The position numbers were made by a program, and so were the translations under genes. The notes beneath the pieces were generated by a model. That model saw nothing but the letters and a program-made list of their open reading frames with translations. It was not told the DNA's origin and made no database searches. From the IMG/VR virus record IMGVR_UViG_3300039008_000027, positions 1-46,152 of that record: a stretch of 46,152 nt of DNA; one strand, 5' to 3'. Numbering within the stretch: the first letter of the stretch is position 1; each line of letters begins with the position of its first letter. Of this stretch, positions 43,045 to 46,152 are shown piece after piece. Origin of the DNA: a virus.

Positions 43045-43512
43045 TTATAATTCGTCAACCTCGTCCAAATCGAAATCCCCGAGAACATCCTTCATGAAGT
43101 CTCCCGTAAGTTCGGGTTCTAAATCATTCTTCGGAGAACCCTCAACCTCCACTGGAGCTTTATCGAAGTCATCCAGCCCCGCCAATGAAGCTTCTGCGGC
43201 TTCAATCATTGGATTACGCTCCGTAGCCGCGTTAACAAAGCGTAGCGTCTTACCTTCCAGCTTAATTTTCGTCTCCTTATGGACACGAAACAATTCCTGA
43301 TAACCAATGGGGTCATCAGTTCTTTCCGCAGGAGTCATCTTCGCAATCTTACGTTCCAGTGCCTTACCGAAGCCGTAACACTGAAGACGGAAGTTGCTCG
43401 CTTCCCGCTTATACTTAAACTCGATTTCGTGAATTTCCGGCACTGAGCCGAGTTTACGGTACAGGCGGAAGAATACGCCCGAATAAGTTTCTATGTTTTT
43501 AGGTGTTGGCAT
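43045..43512 (-). CDS. First gene of the leftward early operon, hypothetical (acidic tail)
   Basis: 155 aa from ATG 43512 (AAGGAG 5 nt upstream; track start 43542). C-terminus is GDFMKDVLGDFDLDEVDEL. Confidence 0.65.
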   Translation of the reverse strand: MPTPKNIETYSGVFFRLYRKLGSVPEIHEIEFKYKREASNFRLQCYGFGKALERKIAKMTPAERTDDPIGYQELFRVHKETKIKLEGKTLRFVNAATERNPMIEAAEASLAGLDDFDKAPVEVEGSPKNDLEPELTGDFMKDVLGDFDLDEVDEL

Positions 43513-43557
43513 ATATGCTCCTTCATCAGAATAAATATTCACTTCTATTACGATTTG

Positions 43558-43586
43558 ATTGTATCCATCTCCTAGCGAGTGGGCAA
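43558..43586 (-). promoter_or_regulatory. Sigma70-like early promoter (TTGCCC-N17-TACAAT), minus strand
   Basis: -35 is the reverse complement of 43581-43586 and -10 of 43558-43563, with exact 17-nt spacing. Lies about 45 nt upstream of ATG 43512, next to the iteron arm. Confidence 0.55.
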
Positions 43587-43600
43587 ATTAAATTATCTCT

Positions 43601-43829
43601 CGGAAACGGGTAAATAACCATTTACCCCGATACTACCCCGATATTACCCCGATTGCTAGCAAATCGATGAGGGGGTGATACCCATGTATAGCTAAGTGTA
43701 TGTTTTATATATATTTTTTTTTAATACATACCTACTCATACGCCCATGAGTCACCCCTACCTGCTCGCCCTAGCAATCGGGGTAATATCGGGGTTACAAC
43801 GGGGATAATAAATATTTGCCCCGTTTACC
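43601..43829. promoter_or_regulatory. Dyad-symmetric iteron element with an AT-rich core (candidate origin/operator)
   Basis: TACCCCGAT x3 at 43623/43634/43645 (11-bp period) is mirrored by ATCGGGGTA-like x3 at 43776/43787/43798. A 25-nt perfect inverted repeat is present. The nested pairs GGGGTGA/TCACCCC and GTATGT/ACATAC share the same centre at 43714/43715. Confidence 0.8.
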
Positions 43830-43957
43830 TTATGGCGAAAAGGTGGCCTATATAATGACCGCGCGCGTATGCGCGATAGCACAATATTTATTCAACTCGC
43901 AAGCCTTTTCTTTTAACCCGAAGAAAAAACTTTTTTCATATCCGAAGCTAAAAGCGC

Positions 43958-43986
43958 TTGCTCCCTCGCTTGGTTAAAAGTATTAT
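43958..43986 (+). promoter_or_regulatory. Sigma70-like promoter candidate (TTGCTC-N17-TATTAT), plus strand
   Basis: 17-nt spacing. Lies about 85 nt upstream of ATG 44070. Confidence 0.4.
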
Positions 43987-44069
43987 TGTTTATGTAGGGC
44001 AATGAAGCCCAAGAGTTTTTATTTTATTCACCAGCGGCAAAGCCGCATCCCAGAAAAGAGAGATTTATT

Positions 44070-44603
44070 ATGGCTCGTAAACAATTTAATTTTGTAGTAT
44101 CCGGCACAGCAGTAGTTGTTCAACGTCTGACTTATGCAGACCCAGACGCTCCAGCGGTAGTTGCTGAAGAAAAGACTTTCGCAGTAGCCGACGTTCCAGC
44201 TGAGCTTACCAATGGCGAAGGTGTTGTTTCACTGGCAGCATACGGCCTATCCCAGGTTCTTCAAGACCGCGTGTCAAGCTGTGACGCTGACGAAAAACTT
44301 GAAGCTATGGAGAAGGTGTTCGGCAACCTGGTAGACGGCAAGTGGAAAGAAGCTCGTCAGTCAACTGGTGCAACGAAGAAAGCTGCTATCGACCCATTCT
44401 TCGCGAAAGGTTTCTCTCTGTTCCTGCAAGGTCAGGGCAAAGATGTTACCGCAGAGCAGGCTACTATCATCCTGCAAGGTCTGGATGCAGACCAGCGCAA
44501 AGCACTGCGTACCAATGACGACATTAAGGCGTTCATTGAGAAAGCTAAAGAAGAAGCAACCGCTTCTGTTGCAGACCTTGACCTATCTTCACTGCTAGGC
44601 TAA
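44070..44603 (+). CDS. Hypothetical protein, paralogue 1 of a diverged pair
   Basis: 177 aa. Shares SLAAYGLS..LQDR, FFA.GF, GKDVT.EQAT.ILQG, QRKALR and the terminal LDL.SLLG with the 45297..45863 product. Confidence 0.8.
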   Translation: MARKQFNFVVSGTAVVVQRLTYADPDAPAVVAEEKTFAVADVPAELTNGEGVVSLAAYGLSQVLQDRVSSCDADEKLEAMEKVFGNLVDGKWKEARQSTGATKKAAIDPFFAKGFSLFLQGQGKDVTAEQATIILQGLDADQRKALRTNDDIKAFIEKAKEEATASVADLDLSSLLG

Positions 44604-44610
44604 GGTAAAT

Positions 44611-44641
44611 GGGAGGGTGAATGTCCTCCCTTGCTATTGTT
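44611..44641 (+). terminator. Hairpin / weak terminator after paralogue 1
   Basis: gggagg-gtgaatgt-cctccc followed by ttgctattgtt. Confidence 0.45.
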
Positions 44642-44716
44642 CTCAATAGTTGGCCACGAGAGTGGCGTTGTTTATCCTGATTGGGGCGTAAGCCCTTTAG
44701 AAAGTTTCTTTTTCAG

Positions 44717-44749
44717 CCCCTGCTCGTTTTGAGTGGGGGTTTTTTTTTT
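44717..44749 (+). terminator. Intrinsic terminator
   Basis: cccc..ctc-gtttt-gag..gggg hairpin followed by a T10 run. Confidence 0.65.
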
Positions 44750-44817
44750 CACCAAGACGAAGTCTTGGAGGGATTCATTTTAGTCTCGGTGATTTGGGAA
44801 GGTTTTGGAGGGGATAG

Positions 44818-44827
44818 ATTATATAAT
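44818..44827 (+). promoter_or_regulatory. ATTATATAAT motif, candidate -10 element for the 69-aa gene
   Basis: Perfect 10-mer 91 nt upstream of ATG 44918. A second TATAAT sits at 44847-44852. Confidence 0.4.
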
Positions 44828-44917
44828 GTGATTCGGCTCGCAATTTTATAATGTGGTATAGACAAGCTGGCTAAATGTGCTAAGGTTGGAGGGTGTTAAA
44901 CAAACGAGGACAAAAAC

Positions 44918-45127
44918 ATGACGGGAAAATTTGAATACGTGAATGGCGCGGAAATGGCAACGGCTGTGGCGGTGGTAATAAAGAATATAGAAAACCTTTG
45001 TTATTATGACCTGCAAACAATGCAAGATGTCGCCATAGCTTACGGCAAGAATAGCGGAAGCGAGGAAGAAAAAGCCATATGGAAGGCACTGGAAGATATG
45101 ACGCAAAAAGAAATTTGCAAAAAGTAG
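44918..45127 (+). CDS. Small hypothetical protein (69 aa)
   Basis: GAGGA RBS 8 nt upstream. Its last 7 codons are duplicated 43 nt downstream. Confidence 0.6.
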   Translation: MTGKFEYVNGAEMATAVAVVIKNIENLCYYDLQTMQDVAIAYGKNSGSEEEKAIWKALEDMTQKEICKK

Positions 45128-45169
45128 AGGGCTGGCCGCGATAGCGGGAAAAGAAATTTGCAAAAAGTA
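45106..45169 (+). repeat. 21-bp direct repeat (aaaagaaatttgcaaaaagta) flanking a 22-bp GC-rich insert
   Basis: Copies at 45106-45126 and 45149-45169, separated by gagggctggccgcgatagcggg. Confidence 0.9.
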
Positions 45170-45296
45170 AAATAAAAGCTGGACAAGGGGACAAAGTTCC
45201 CCTATTATTCACGGTGTAGGGAGCGAAGTCGCTTTCTACCAGCCCTTGAAAAGGGCGGTTTGTAAACAAAACTATTAGCATAAAGGATAACAACTT

Positions 45297-45863
45297 ATGA
45301 AAACTAAAAACGTATTTACCCTAACAAGCGATTCAGTAGAAATGAAAGTTATGGACGTGACTAACCCTGATGAGCACAAGGAGCTTGCCAAGCACGAGTT
45401 TGACGTGACCGCCATCCCCGTGATTTTGGAGGACGGTGAACAAGCAAGCAAGAGTCTGGCGGCTTATGGCCTATCAAGACTGATGCAAGACCGCTGCTCG
45501 GACTTTACCGATAGCAAGCTAGGGGATGTTTGCGCGACTGCGGCCGAAGTGGCGAAGGCGAGACTGGAAGCGTATCAGGCGGTGTTTGACACGTTAGCGG
45601 GCGGTCAATTCAGGGCAAGAAGGGCGACTTCGAAAGCGGGCGCAAGTGTTGACGCCTTCTTCGCGAGTGGCTTTGCGGCCTTCTGTAAGGCGAATGGGAA
45701 GGACGTTACGCCCGAACAAGCTACGGTTATCTTGCAGGGTATGTCGGGAGAGCAGCGCAAGGCACTACGCGCGGATGACCGGATTAAGCCATTCATCGCG
45801 GAGGCGAGGGAAGCGGCAAGGACTGCGGTAGACGGGTTAGACTTGGAGTCCTTGCTTGGTTAA
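45297..45863 (+). CDS. Hypothetical protein, paralogue 2 of the pair
   Basis: 188 aa with an AAGGA RBS. Homologous to the 44070..44603 product, with visibly more GC-rich codon usage. Confidence 0.8.
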   Translation: MKTKNVFTLTSDSVEMKVMDVTNPDEHKELAKHEFDVTAIPVILEDGEQASKSLAAYGLSRLMQDRCSDFTDSKLGDVCATAAEVAKARLEAYQAVFDTLAGGQFRARRATSKAGASVDAFFASGFAAFCKANGKDVTPEQATVILQGMSGEQRKALRADDRIKPFIAEAREAARTAVDGLDLESLLG

Positions 45864-45885
45864 AAGACAAACGAAGTTTGTCGGA

Positions 45886-45912
45886 GCCGTTCCATTGTGG
45901 AGCGGCTTTTTT
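45886..45912 (+). terminator. Intrinsic terminator after paralogue 2
   Basis: gccgttcca-ttg-tggagcggc (9-bp stem including one G-T pair) followed by a T6 run. Confidence 0.7.
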
Positions 45913-46011
45913 ACGTCCGAAGGACGCGGGATGCTCGCGTGCGTGCGAGTGGGTGCTTCGGGTGAGGGGGGTGGGGTTTCCCCCCGAGGGGTGGGGACGG
46001 CGCAGTGGTTT

Positions 46012-46152
46012 CAAGCCTCGTTTCCGGACGCGCAGACCCCCTTACATCTGAAGAAAGCTCCCTTCGAAGAGGAGTTGCCTTCTGCGGCAAACCCGATATT
46101 CTCTTCTCCGTAGGGGGTCAAGCGGGTTGACCTCTCGAGGACGCCCGGCTTC
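46012..46152. repeat. Terminal overlap, copy B (identical to 1..141)
   Basis: Same 141-nt string as the window start. Confidence 0.95.

Noticed and set aside
43601-43829. Could the clustered short repeats be a CRISPR array?
   Set aside because: The units are 9 bp with only 2-bp spacing and an 11-bp period, arranged as mirror-image arms around an AT-rich core. This is not 25-40-bp repeats with unique spacers.
44818-44843. Minus-strand promoter TTGCGA-N14-TATAAT that would make antisense RNA to paralogue 1
   Set aside because: A 14-nt spacer is too short for a sigma70 promoter. The TATAAT is better explained as part of the palindromic 10-mer serving the plus-strand 69-aa gene.
44846-45293. 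Minus-strand ORFs 44846..45163 (105 aa) and 44880..45293 (137 aa)
   Set aside because: They are antisense to the RBS-supported 69-aa gene and span hairpins and repeats. They are hydrophobic and Phe/Leu-rich as expected from an A-rich sense strand.
45856-46113. 85-aa plus-strand ORF running through the GC-rich junction and into the terminal repeat
   Set aside because: It starts inside the stop region of paralogue 2 and crosses an intrinsic terminator. It has Gly/Arg/Val-rich GC-driven composition and no RBS.
1-46152. Searched by eye for tRNA/tmRNA genes, integrase, repressor/Cro pairs, transposases, reverse transcriptases and toxin-antitoxin pairs
   Set aside because: I saw no T-loop/acceptor-type signatures (GGTTCGAATCC-like) and no tyrosine/serine recombinase, DDE or RT motifs in any ORF. 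Absence is by inspection only and should be confirmed with tRNAscan and profile searches.

Overview
The window reads as one complete dsDNA phage genome of about 46.0 kb unique sequence, not a chromosomal segment. Bases 1-141 are identical to 46012-46152, so the contig closes on itself. Coding density is very high and falls into three blocks. (i) The + strand from 162 to 25438 carries a lysis cassette (holin-like protein, lipoprotein, M15 peptidase), two tail-fibre genes and a small lipoprotein. It continues with small terminase, a PD-(D/E)XK nuclease, large terminase, portal, scaffold, major capsid, tail/adaptor genes and three ejection/internal proteins, the last a 1683-aa giant. (ii) The - strand from 43512 to 25464 converges on a bidirectional terminator at about 25445-25470. 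It starts with about 17 small early ORFs of unknown function, followed by a UvrD-like helicase, Cas4-like exonuclease, Sak4-like ATPase, GroES-like protein, gp2.5-like SSB and dUTPase. The block ends with a ParB-fused DNA methyltransferase, an HAD phosphatase, a family-A DNA polymerase split into two ORFs with an N-terminal UDG-like domain, and a DUF3987-like ATPase. (iii) The + strand from 44070 to 45863 carries three separately terminated genes, including a diverged paralogue pair. I saw no tail tube/sheath/tape measure (so podovirus-like), integrase/repressor, RNA polymerase, recognisable primase, tRNA or CRISPR array. The two convergent arms and the split PolA recall LUZ24/PaP3-type podoviruses, but that comparison is from memory, not a search. 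The most unusual items are: a roughly 226-bp dyad-symmetric iteron element between the divergent early promoters; a palindromic ATTATATAAT 10-mer at five intergenic sites; a prfB-like context at the polymerase split; the paralogue pair beside the origin-like element; GC-rich non-coding islands; and several micro-ORFs absent from the ORF track. All functional calls rest on motif recognition by eye, and no searches were run.
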